Source: Scenedesmus sp. PABB004
Lineage: Eukaryota
Direction of reading: 5' to 3'
Length of the DNA: 64,000 nucleotides
NCBI GenBank assembly: GCA_014905635.1
Contig: CM026547.1
Span: 4,650,001 to 4,714,000, forward strand
Position numbers and translations under genes: made by a program
Notes under the pieces: model-generated
Databases searched by the model: none
What the model saw: the letters and a program-made list of their open reading frames with translations, nothing else
Told to the model about the DNA's origin: nothing
Part shown: piece after piece, positions 14,165 to 25,801 of the stretch
Layout: each line of letters opens with the position of its first letter
Numbering within the stretch: the stretch's first letter is position 1

Positions 14165-14805
14165 AGTTCGAATCCTAGTTTCACACCACAACTCAATGCA
14201 GTGCTGGCAGTGCTGGCGCGAGCGCTGCACCCGGCAGCGGGAGACGAGTTGCAGGCTGAGTCTGCGCGGCGCGGGGAGCAGCGACTGGGGGGTGATCACT
14301 GCTGGTTGAGCACTGCTGGTTGGTCTGACTGCATCCACGGTTGCGCGGAGGCAATAAAGCGGGGGCGGCGCGGCGCCGGCCGCCTGCCAGGCAAGGCCAG
14401 CCGCCGCCGACCAGCGCGCGCGGCGGCGGGCGGGCGGGCAGGCGCCCGCAGGTCCGAGGTTTGAGCCACAGCACACCGCCACTCGCACCCCCGCGACCCT
14501 CTGCGGCACACCGGTGTGCCGCCACGAGACCAGAAACCGCCAGCGCAGCAGCTCACGCTGCAGGCCTCGACGCAGCCTGTCGCGTCTCTGACAGCTCCAT
14601 CCAGCTGTTTCAGCGAGCCAGCCGTGCCTGCAAGGCCGTCAGGGCGCCGCGCGGGACCCGGCGGGCGCGTTGATGCCGCGGGCTCGCGCCAGCAACGCGG
14701 TCTGGTGCCGTACGGCATGACCGGGCTGTGCCGCAGTTGATTCGTCGGCTCAATAGCTCCCAGCAGCGGCCGAGACCATGCCCGGGGCGTAGGCGCAGCG
14801 CCAGC

Positions 14806-15573
14806 ATGGCGCGCGCGGGCAGCGGGCCCCGCCCCGCCCGGCCGGGCGCCCGCAGCTGCCCGGCCTGGGCGCTGGCGGGCCTGGTGCTCGCGGCCAGCTT
14901 CTGGGCCGCCGCTGGCCGAGGCCTGCCCGCCAGCGGCGCCGCCGGGGACGGCGGCAGCGGTGCTGGCACGCCGCTGCCGCTGCTCGCGCCCGGCGGCGGC
15001 GGCGGCGCGCGGCCCTGGCAGGCGGGCGCGCAGCTCACCAGCGCCGCCGCCAGCAGCTCTGGCGGCGGCGCGGCGCACCTCCCCGCCGGCCGGCGGCGGC
15101 TGCAGCAGGCGGGCTACGTCGCGAGCGCGTGCGACGCCTATGGCGCGGGCGGCGTGCCCGACGCGGCGGCGCTGCGCGAGTTTGCGGCGCGCCTCGTCGG
15201 CGACGCGCGGCTGGCGGTCACCGCCGCGCGCTTCGCCGGCGCCTGCGACGCGCTCGGCCTGGCCAGCCTCGCACCGCCGCACGCGCTCGCGGCCCGCTTC
15301 GCGTCGGTGCTCGTGCTCTCCACCGGCAGCGCGGCCGCCGCGGCGCGCGACGCCAACGACCCCGCCGCGCCGCTCTCGACCGACCTGCGCCGCCCGGGCG
15401 ACGCCGCCGCGGGCGGCGCGGGCTTTGACGCCGCCGCGCTGGAGCTGGACGTCGCGGTCGGCGCCGGCGGCGGCGCCGGCGGGGTGCAGCTGGTGCTGGA
15501 TTACATGTTTGGCAGCGAGGAGTACGGCGCGCCCGGGGCCAGCCCCGACGCGCTCAGCATCGGCGTGCGCCCC

Positions 15574-15616
<43 letters not shown>

Positions 15617-18600
15617 GTGGACGGACGTCGCGCGCCTGCCCGGCGGCGGGCGCGTGCCGCTGCCGGGCGCGGCGGGCGCGGCGGCGGGCGGCGTCACGCA
15701 GAACGCCGGTGGGCTGCACCGCACCGCGCTGGACGGCTTCACCCATGTGCGGGCGGGCCCGGCCGCGGGCGGGGCCGGGCGGGTCGCGCGCCCGCCGCCG
15801 GCCGCCCCTGGGGGTCCCGACCTGTGCCGCGTGCCTCCGCGTCGTCCGCGTCCGCCGGCGCAGGTCGTGCCGAGCGAGGGCTTCACCGTGCAGCCGGGCC
15901 GCAGCTACACGCTGCGCGTCGCGGTCGCGGACGCCAACAACGCGCTGCGCGACTCGGCGGTCCTGCTGCCGGCGGGCGGGCTGCGGCTCGTCGCGGAGCC
16001 GGTGGCGGCGGTGGGCGGGCCGTACGCGGTGGTGAGAGTGCGGCCGGGGGCGCCTGGGCCGCCGCGCGGCCGGCGGCAGCGCGCAGCGCACAGCATGCGG
16101 CACGCATCACTGCGCGGCCGCCCACCCACGCACCCGCACGCGCAGGCGCCCAACGCGCAGCTCAGCCTGAGCGCCGCGGGCTCGCACTCGGCCAACGGCG
16201 CGATCGTGAGCTATGCCTGGCGCGTGACGCCGTACGGCGGGGCTGGGGGCGAGGCGGCCACCGCGGCGGGGCCCGTGGTCAGCCTCGCCGCGCCGGCGGC
16301 GGGGCAGTACAACGTCACGCTCGACGTGTGGGACGTTGCCGGCGGGCACGGCGCGGCGAGCACCGGCCTGAGCGTGGACGCGCGCAACGTGCTCGACTGG
16401 TGGTCCGACACGCCGGGCTTTGCCGCGCCCGCCGCGGCGCCGCTGCCGCGGCCGACCGCGGCCATCGCGGTCAACGGCACCACCACCGACAGCGCGCTGG
16501 TCAAGGCCCCCGCCGGCGGCGGCGGCGCGGTCGTCGAGCTCGACGCCGGCGGCAGCGGCGACGGCCGGGGCAGCCCGCTCGCGTACGCGTGGCGCGTCAC
16601 GCAGACGCAGCCGGCCGTGCGCGAGCTGGACCTGCAGCTGCCGTACGCCCAGCCCGCGCGCTTCGTGCGCAGGTGCGTGCGCGCGCGCCGCCGCAGCGCG
16701 CTCGGCGCAGGGCCCGCCGCGGCAGCGCGCGCGCGGCTCACGCCCCGTGCTCACGCCCCCCTCCCCCCCCCCTGCGTGCCGCCGCCGCCGCGTCAGCTTC
16801 CCGCCGGGGACCTACCTGGTCGACCTCGTGGTCACCGGCCCCGGCGGCGTGGGCGGCGCGCAGACGCTGCTCACCGTCGCGGCCAACGCGCCGCCGCGCG
16901 CCGCCGCGGGCGGGCCGTACTCTGCGGTCGTCGGCTCGGCGCTGCGCGTGAGCGGCGAGGCCTCGGCCGACCCCGACGGCGACACCCTGAGCTACGACTG
17001 GGCGCTCTCCAAGGGCGGCGTGCAGATCGGGACGTACAGCGGGCCGGCGCTGTCGATGAAGCTCAACAGCCCCGGCACCTACGCCCTGCGCCTCACCGTC
17101 GCCGACGGCCGCGGCGGCACCGCGAGCGACGCGACGGAGATCGTCGTCGCGTCCGAGCCGCCGCCGCCGCCGCCGCCGGCGGCGCTGCCCGCGGGCGCGC
17201 TTTTTTCCACCGCGGGCGCGCCGCCGGGCGCGGCGCCGGGCCGCACGACCGTCATCGCCGCCGTGCCGGCGCCGGCGCCGAGCAACGCGCGCCTCGCCGG
17301 CCCCGCGCCCGCCGCGCCGCCGGGCTACGGCGCGGCGCTGGCGCCGCCGGGCTACGGCGGCGGCGCGGCGCTGGCGGCGGCGCCCGGCTACGGCGGCGGC
17401 GCTGGCGCGGGCGCGGCCGGGCCGCCGCCGCCGGCGATGTGCCTGTTCAGCCGGCCCGCGGCCAACGCGAGCGCGAGCTGGCAGGCGGCGCTGGAGAGCG
17501 GCAACTGGGCGGACCTCAACATCTTCACTCTCACCAACACCTACTGGGCGCCCTGCGACGGCGGCGGCGCCGCATCCGCCGCGCCGGGCGGGGCCGCCGA
17601 TGCGGCCGGCGCCGCGGCCGGCGCCGCGCCGCCCGCGGCGGCGACGCCGGCGCGGCGGGCGTGTACGCCGGCGCGGCGCTGCCGGCGCCGCCCGACCCGC
17701 AGGCGAGCGTCGCTGCGATCCGCTCGCCCGAGGCCTTCGTCCCGGCCGCGTCGGGCGGCGCGACGCAGGTGGTGCTCGACGCGTCGGGCTCGAGCGCCGC
17801 GCCCGGGCGCAGCCTCGTCGCGTTTGCCTGGGCCGTGCGGCGCCGCGCCGACGGCGCGCTCGTGACGGCGGTCGACGGCCTGCGCACGCCGGTGTGGCTC
17901 GGCCCGGGCGAGTACGTCGCGCAGCTCGCGGTGACGGACACGTCGGGCCAGGCCGCGTCGGCGGCGCGGGAGTTCAGCGTCGGCGACGCGGCGGCGACGC
18001 TCGCGGTCATTGCGGCGCCGCCGCCGTTCACGGACGCGCCCGGCCCGGGGCCGGCCGACGTCGCGCTCAGCGCGGCGGGGTCGACCGCGGGCCCGGGGCG
18101 GTCGCTCACAGGCTACGCCTGGGTCGTCGCGCGCCTGCCCGACGGCGCGCGCGTCGCGGCCGCGGACGGCCCCGCCGCGCGCGCGTCGCTGCCGGGCGGG
18201 AGCTATCGGGCCTACCTCGCCGTGTTTGACTCGGGCGGCGGCAACGCGACCGCGGCCGCCGACTTTGTCGTCGGCGCGGCGGGCGCGTCCGGCGCGCGCG
18301 CGCGGTCATCACCTGGCCGCCGCCGCGCGTCGTCGTCGCCGCGTCGGCCGGCGGCGGCGACAGCGGGGCGCTGGAGCCGGGCGGCGGCGCGCCCGCGACG
18401 ACCGCGGTCGCGCTCGACGGCTCCGGCTCGGCCGGCGCGCCCGACGGCGGCGGCGTCGTGCAGTACGCGTGGGCGGTCGTCGCGCTGCCGGGGCGGGCGC
18501 CCGTCGCCAACGCGACGGGCCGGCTCGCGACCGTGGCGCTGCCGCCGGGCGACTACCAGGTGGGGCTGCTCGTCGTGGACGCCGCTGGCGGCAGCGCGAC

Positions 18601-20584
18601 GGCGGTCAAGGACTTCACCGTCGCGCCGGACGACCCCGCCGGCGGCGCGCCGGCCAACGCGCCGCCGGTCGTGGCGCCGGGGCTGGCCTTTGTCGGCACC
18701 GCGGCCCGCGGCGCCGTCGTCGACCTCGCCGGCGCCGCGGCCGACCCCGACGGCGACGCCGTGCGGCTGACGTGGACGCTCATGGCGGCCGACAGCGGCG
18801 AGACGGTCGACGGCGCCGGCGCGGCCGTGCCGCTGCAGGGCCGGGCGCCGGGGGAGTACCTCCTGCTCATCTCCGCCGACGACGGCCGCGGCGGCGAGGC
18901 CAGCGGCACCGCGCGGCTGATCGTCAGGCCCCGCCCCGGCTCGCCGCCCGCCAGCGGCGGCGGCGCCGGCGGCGGCGGCGGCACTGCCGCGCCGCCCGGC
19001 GCGCGCCTCGCGGCGCCGGCGCCGGCGCCGGCGCCGGCGCGCACAAGCGCGCGCGCGCCCGCGCCGGCGAGCGGCGGCGGCGGCGCCGCGGTGCGCCAGC
19101 TCCCGGCGCTGGACCTGCCGCAGGGCGGCGTGCTGGAGCTGGACGCGGCCGCGTTCGACCTGCTGCCGCCGGGCGCGGCGCTCGACGCGTACGTGTGGGA
19201 GCTCAGCCGGGCGGCGTCGGGCGAGCGCGTCGCGACGGTGTATGGCCGGCTCGGGCGCTTCGAGCTGACCAGCGCGGAGGCGTTTGAGCTCAAGCTCACT
19301 GCGCTGGACGCGGCCGGCGACGCGCACGCGTCGGCCGGCAGCGTGCGCGTCGCGCCCGCGCCGCCGGCGACGTCGGCCGCGGCGGGCGCGCTGTCGGTGT
19401 CGGGGCGTTGCGGGCCGTTTGCGGCCAAGCAGTACACGCGCGCCGAGCTCGCCTGCCCCCACCTCGACCTCGGCGGCGTGCCGGAGGGCGAGCTCGCGTT
19501 TGCCTGGCGCGTGCTCGCGCCCGACGGCAGCGCCCGCACGCGCGCGGGGCGCGCCGCGTCGCTCGCCGGCCTCGCGCCGGGGCGGCACCGCGTGGAGCTG
19601 TCAGTCGGCCTCGGCGGCCCGCCCGGGCCGGCCAACACGCTGCTCACCCTGGTCACGCCCCTCACCGTCGCGCCGAGCGGCCCGCTCGTGCTGAGCCTGC
19701 CGGGCGCGCTCTGCGCGGGCCAGGCGGTCGCGCTCAACGCGCCGCCGCTGGACGACGGCAGCGGGTGGGCGCCCGAGATCGCGTGGCGCGTCGTCGCCGC
19801 GCCCGACGCGCGCGCCGGCGGCGGCGCCGCGCCCGGCGCGGTGCTGTCGGGCGCGGGGCGCAGCTTCGGCTTCACGCTGCAGCCGGGGCGCTACGCGGTG
19901 TCGATGGCCGCGACGATGGCCGACGGCGGCGTGCTGACCGGCGCGGGCAACCTCACCGCCGCGGCGTGCATGCGCTGCCGCGGCGGCGTGGTCACGCTGC
20001 CGCTGCCGGCGGGCAAGTGCTACGCCGACGCGGCGCAGGCGGTGCGCGCGCTCGCCGACCCGGTGCCGCCGGGCGCCGAGTTTGCGTGGGCGCCCGGCGC
20101 GGTGACGCGCCCGGGGCTGCGCAGCGTCGGCGTCGTCGCGCGCGGCGGCGGCGGCAGCGCCGGCGCCGGCGGCGCGCCGCCGCCGAGCTGCAACGCGACG
20201 GTCAACTTCACCGACGTGGAGCCGCCGGCGATCGCGCTCGTCGCGCCGGGCGGCGTGTGCGCGACGCCCGCCAACGGGCGGTGGGCGTGCTGGCGGCCGG
20301 AGCAGCTCGTCACGCTGAGCGACAACTGCGGCGGCGAGGCGCTCGCGTTCTCAATCGCCTGCGGCGCGGGGTCGACGCCCGACACCTGCCGCGTGCTGCC
20401 CGACGGCCAGGCCTGCGTGCGCGCGGCGTCGGTGGGGCAGGCGCTGCGCCTCGCGGTCGCCGCCAAGGACGCGGCCGGCAACCTCGCGCCGCCCGCGGCG
20501 GTGCCTGTGCTCGTGCGGGCGCTGGCCGCGGGCGGGGGCTGCGCGGTGCCGATGCTGGCCGCCGTGCCCGGCGGTGGCGCGTGA
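14806..20584 (+). CDS. Giant secreted protein: signal peptide, choice-of-anchor-L-like domain, ~8-10 PKD/Ig-like repeats, C-terminal HYR-like Cys-rich region
   Basis: Signal-like ALAGLVLAASFWAAA and RRLQ. N-domain VLVLSTG..FDAAALELDV..LDYMFGSEEY..DVARLPG..LDGFT..VQPGRSYTLRVAVADANNALRDSAVLL. Repeats such as NAPPRAAAGGPYSAVVG..SADPDGDTLSYDW and VVLDASGSSAAPGRSLVAFAW..GEYVAQLAVTD. C-terminus CNATVNFTDVEPPAI..VTLSDNCGG..AAKDAAGN. Three introns (~15747-15863, ~16033-16145, 16673-16796) and three apparent 1-base frameshifts. Confidence 0.75.
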
Positions 20585-21495
20585 GTGTGAGGAGCGAGGG
20601 TGTACATTCGCAGCGCGAGCAGGAGTCGGTGGGCGGGATTGCCGGCCGGCCGCGCGGTCGGTCGGAGCTGGGCTACGTGGCGAGGGCTGCCGCGCGGTTA
20701 CAGCCGCAGCGCCGAAGGGATCGCGCCCGCCGGCCGGCCCTGGGAGGCCGGCGGCGGCGCTTCGCAACCGTTGGTTCAACCGCCAACTGCAGGCGAAAAA
20801 CCCAGCCAGCCTGTACATGGCCGGGGCGCGCCACCGCCGCTGCCGCCGCAGATCACGCCGCGCCGCGCCGTAGGGCGCGGGCGCCGCACGCGGCCCCAAA
20901 CCGCCAACCGACGGTCCACCCGCCCCCTGCCCAGAAAGAAAGCGCTGCGCCTTCTCCCCCCGCGCTTGCCCACGGCATTCGTTGCTGCAGCTATGCTCCT
21001 GAGTCTGAGTCTGGCCGCGCGGGGCCGCGCCGCTGGCGCGCGCCCCCCGCCGCGCGCGCGCGCCTTCCACAGGCCTGCCCTGCCTGCCCCGGCGGCAGAG
21101 AGGCGCGGAGAGGGGGCGCCCCGAACCACAAAAACACACACAATCGCACGCAAACGCGCCGCGAGCGGCTGTGGCCGGGCAGCCACCCGCCGGGCAGCGC
21201 GCGCAGCGGCAAGGAATGGAGGACGACCAACGATGATGCGGGCCACACCCCAGTGCTGCCTCTACTTACGCCTGTGCCTAGCCTGACCCGATCGAGTGCC
21301 CCGCGCGGCGGGTGGCGCCGCTGCCCCCTGCGCGCGGCCGCCGCCGCCGCCGAGTTCTGTGCGCGCGGGAGCGAGCGCGCATGCGACACGAACGCTTCCG
21401 CCGCCTGCCGCCGTGGTGGTGTGGTGTACAAGGCGCGCGGGGAGCCGGGGCGGGCCCCGGCCCCCGCGCGCGTGCCGCCCGCTGCAGCTGCCGGC

Positions 21496-23409
21496 TCACG
21501 CGTGGGCCTTTGCGCCCGTGCCGGCGGGGTCGGCGCTCGCCATCTCGGCCTCCAGCTCCTTGTTGGTCGCCTTGAGCGCCGCGCGCAGCACGCTGCGGAC
21601 GCGGCGGCGGCGGCGGCGCGGCGCGGGCGGTCAGGGGCGGCGCCGCTGCGCGCGCGGCCGGCGGCGGCCCGCGCGCCGGCCCGCGCCGGCGGGGCAGGCC
21701 CGGCCGGCGGGGCAGGCCCGCGCCGGCGGGGCACGCCCGCGCGCGGCGCGCACCGCAGCACGGCCTTGAACCACACAAACTGCATGCCGCACAGCACCAG
21801 CAGCAGCGCGTTGCAGCCGAGCCAGCACACGCAGGGCCAAAAGTACTGCGTGATAGCGCGGATGCCCGCTGGCGCGTCGTGCACCGCCCTGCGCCGCGGC
21901 GGGCGGGCGGGGCCGCGGGCGGGCGGCGGCGGGCGCGCGTGGGCGCGCCGCGCAGCAGCGCGGCGGCGGCGCACACGCCGCAGGCCGCCAGCGGGCCAGG
22001 CGCGCGCGGCGCAGCGCGGCGCACACATCGCGCACGCGCGCCCACCCTTTGAGTACAACGTAGGGGAACACGAGGACGCGCGTGACGAAGAACACGGCGG
22101 CAAAGGCGGCAAAGAGGCCCGTCTTGGCGCGCCGCATCTCCAGGTTGCTCGCGAGCTTGGAGAGGTGCAGCAGCGGGCTGCTCAGGTTGAGCACGCCAAA
22201 CACCAGCAGCCCTGGGTGGTGCGCGGGGGCCGGTGCGGCGCAGGGGGTGGGGCGCGGCGCGGGTGCAGGCGCGCGCGCGCCGGCCCAGCCCTGACGTCCG
22301 GGCGGCGGCGGGCGCAGCGGGCGCGGGCGGCGGGCGCGGGCGGCGCGCGCACCGACGAGGTGGACGTTGAGCAGGTAGCTTGTGACAATGAGCGCGACGG
22401 TCGCGAGGTGGTGCGCGCCCATCGCGCCCGTGTCCGCGAGGCCCAGCCCTGCGGCGGCGCGGCGGCGGCGCGGCGGTCGTCGGCCGCCGCGCTGCGTGCT
22501 CCACCGCCCTCCCTCCCTCCGCCTCGCGGCCCTGCTGCCGCCGCCGGCGCCGCCTCCGCTGGCGCGCGCGCGGCTGGCCGGGGCGTTGCGCGTAAGCGTT
22601 GTGTAACGCCGCGCCCTGCGCGGGGGCGCACCGAGGGCGTGCTTGAGCATGAGGTGAAAGTACCAGCCGAGTTCGACGTTGAAGTACTTGTGCACGTTGG
22701 GCTCGACCGGGATGAGCGGCCAGCCCGCGTAGCAGCCCGCGGTGTCGTGCACGCCGCAGTAGCCCGACACGCTCGCGAGGCACTGCCAGCCCGCGACCAG
22801 CAGCAGCTGCGGCGCGCGGCGCGGCGCGGGGTGAGCGCGGGCCCGCACGTCCGTGCGCCGCCCGCCTCGCGCTGCCGCTGTCGCGCACCGAGCCTCCCAG
22901 CGTGACCCAGATCTCCTCCTCGATCTTGTCCAGCAGCTGCTGGCGCTCCTTGCTGCGGGCGGCGCGGCCGGCGCGGCCGCCGGCGGCAGCAGCGGCGGAT
23001 GAGTGGCACAGCCCCAGCGCCCGCGAACGCGCTCGCCCACCCACGCCAGGGCGAGCCATTGCGGTCCCGGCACCGCCCCAGGCGCGCGCGGGCCCGCGCG
23101 GGCCCGGTTGAGTCAGGGCGGGCGCAACAACCCGCACGCTCCATCCTGCGGCGCCCACCTGGAGCAGCGCGCGCGTGTGAGCGTCTTGAAGGCGTTGTTG
23201 AACACCAGGCGCAGGCTCAGGAACGCCACGCAGAGGCCAACGCTGCCCCAGAGGCCGTCGAAGCGGGAGAAGGCCTCCCGGTGCTGCGCCCGCAGTCGCA
23301 GCGCGGCGGCGTAGTCCGAGTCGCCCGACGGCAGCACCCACCACAGCGGGTCGCCGGTGAGGCTGGCCGGGCCCCGCGAGTGGCCCTGCAGCGCGCCCAG
23401 GCGCTCCAT
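21496..23409 (-). CDS. TLC-domain membrane protein, LAG1/ceramide-synthase-like with a divergent motif
   Basis: Seven exons give KIEEEIWVTLG, WPLIPVEPNVHKYFNVELGWYFHLM, MGAHHLATVALIVTSY..GLLVFGVLNLSSPLLHLSK, FAAFAAVFFVTRVLVFPY and NALLLVLCGMQFVWFKAVLRVL. TGA at 21498-21496. Confidence 0.82.
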
Positions 23410-23806
23410 GCCGCGCCACTGCTGTGCCGGCGGCGTGCGGCAAGCGCCTCTCGCTCCTCTCCCCCCGGCCGCAGCTGCTCGCCCGGCGCTGTGGCGGCAC
23501 GCCAGCTGCGACGACCGCGAGCCCAGCGCGCGGCCGGCCGCGACAGCCCGTCGTGACGGCGCTGCAGCCGAAACCGCGCCCGGCCCGGGCGCTCGCGCAC
23601 GACGAATTGTTGCCCTCGCGCCCGCACGCTCGGCAGCTTGTTGTGTGCGCTCCTCCCTCCTCCCTCACGCCTCACCACTGCGCAGAACTCTCGCGCACGC
23701 GCTCCGCCCCCGCGCGGGCGCCCGCCGTCGTCGGGCAGCAGCCGCCGCTCTTTATTGATGATGGATCCCGCCGCGCCGCGCCAGGCGGCGGCGGCCGCGA
23801 GGGCCC

Positions 23807-25380
23807 TCAGAAGCCGAACCAGTTCTTCTTGGCCGGCGCCGGCGCGGCCGCCTTGTCGCCCTCCTTCGCCTCGTACCCGACCGTCTGCGACACGTTTTGG
23901 AGCGTCGGGTCGGCCGCGGCCATCGGCGTGCGGCCCAGGTCGGGCGTGTAGTCGCCTGCGGACGCCCCAAGGCCGCGGCGGGTGCGGCGGCGGCGGGCGC
24001 GGCGGCGGCGGGCGTCGGCGGCGGGGGCGGGGGCGGCGGGCGCCCGCCTGCGCCCGTGCGCCGTGGCACGCGAGCGGCGGCGCCCCGCGCCGCGCCGCAC
24101 CGACGATGGGCAGGTCTGCCTGGTACCAGCCGTAGAGTCCCCGCTCCAGGTGCACCACGTCGCCCGGCGCGGCGCCGCCCTCCGCCAGCAGCTTGTACGC
24201 CGCCTGCAGCGAGCGGCTCGGCTTGCCCTGCGCCGGCAGCCGCGGCGGCGCGCGGGGGCGGTCGGCGGGAGCGAGCGCGCGCGCGCGCGGGCGGCGTGAC
24301 GCTGTGGCCGTGTGGCCGTGCCGTGGACGAAAGACCACGGACCTGCGGGAAGTTCACGGTCTGGCGCATCGTGCCGCCCGCCTCGCACAGGCAGATGAAC
24401 TTCTTGCCCGGCGCCGCGGCGAGCGCCTCGGCCACAAACTCCGAGTTGCTCTCGATTGCCTGCCGGCGCGCGGCGCGGCGCGGCGCGGCGCGGCGGCGGG
24501 GGTCTGCGACAGCTCGCCGCGCTCTGGCGCCTGGCGCCTGTCGCAGTCTGTGCCCCTGCCTCTGTGTGGAGGCGTGGCGCCTCCCCCGCACCTGCACGCC
24601 GTTGAAGGAGTAGGCAATGACCTTCATCACCTGCGGCAGCAGCAGGCGATGCGCGGCGGCTCACGCCGACACGCGCCGCCCCCCGCGGCGCCGACCGCGC
24701 CGCCGCGCCCCCGTCGCCCCGCCCCCGTCGCGCCGCGCGCCTTGGCGAGGTCTGGCTTGGCCATGTCGATGAGTCGGTACCTGGCGGAGCGGCCGGGGCG
24801 CGCGCAGGGCCGTCGGCGCGCGAGCGGGGCCAGAGGCCGCTGCGCGGCGGCGCGGCGGCGGCGCGGCTCGGCGGCGCGGCGGCGGCTCACATGGGCACGT
24901 TGACCGCGCCGTCCGGGTGCGCCGTGGCGTGCTGGTCGGGGCGCCGCACGTCGAGCAGCACCCACTGGCCTGCGCGTGGCGCGGCGCGGCGCAGCGCGGC
25001 TCGTCGCGGCGCGCGGGCCCGACCGGTGCAGCGGGCGGCGGCCCCGCCGACTGCGACGCGCGACCGCGATCGCCCCCCACGCGGCGCACCCGTGGCGAGC
25101 AGCTCCTTGGCCTCCTCTGGCGACACAGTGGCCAGGCCCTTCTCCTGCGGGCGGCGCGCGCGGGCGGCGTGAGCGCGCTGCGGCGCTGCCGCCTGGCGGC
25201 GCCGCCGCCGCGCGCCCGGCGGCGCCGCGCCTTGATGATCCTGAAGCAGTCACGCCAGGGCGGGATGAACTTGTCCGCGACGGCCGCGCGCGCGGCCAGG
25301 GGGCGCCGAACGTTCGGCCCATCACGCGCGCGCGCGCCCAGCGGGCGCGCGCGGGGGCCGCGGCTGGCCAGGGCCTGCAT
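23807..25380 (-). CDS. Chloroplast rhodanese-like domain protein (STR14-like)
   Basis: Transit-like start MQALASR..ARA, then VSPEEAKELL, WVLLDVRRPDQHATAHPDGAVNVPM, AIESNSEFV, ICLCEAGGTMRQTVNFPQGKPSRSLQAAYKL, VVHLERGLYGWYQADLP, ending KKNWFGF*. Confidence 0.88.
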
Positions 25381-25801
25381 GGTGTGCTGGCGGCTAGGGC
25401 GCCGGTTCGCGCCCGCGGCGGCGGGCAGGGGCGCCAAGCTGCGGCGGCGGCGGGGCGCGCTGTGCTGCTAAAAGATCTACGGCGAATGACCGCGCGCCAC
25501 CGGGCGTGGCCTGTGCAGGACGGTGGCACGGGCTGAACGCGCCGTCGGCGGCGGCGCGGCGCGCTGCGGCGCGCGTTTTTGCGGCGCGCGCAGCTGCTGA
25601 CAGCTGGGCCGGCGGCGGGGCGCTCGTCCCGCGCCTCCGCCGCCGCGCATCTCTCGCCACGCCCGCGAGCCACCCGCGAGCGCGCGCCCCAGGCAGCGGC
25701 AGCGCGCCCCCACGCCGCAGCAGCGCCGCCGCTGCCGCCGGCCGTGCTGTGGCCCCCCTCGCCGCCGAGCGCCCTGCTCACGCCCGGCGGGCCCCGACGC
25801 C

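Noticed and set aside
14100..14190. A complete tRNA gene at the GTTCGAATCC...CCA motif
   Set aside because: The T-stem does not pair (TGAAG vs CCTAG), no cloverleaf or convincing A-box is visible, and the upstream sequence is coding. It is kept only as a tRNA-like fragment finding.
14806..20584. Bacterial contamination or misassembly as the source of the bacterial-type genes (also the sigma-like gene at 53591-56457)
   Set aside because: Both have spliceosomal introns in the local style, host-like GC and codon usage, and eukaryotic neighbours.
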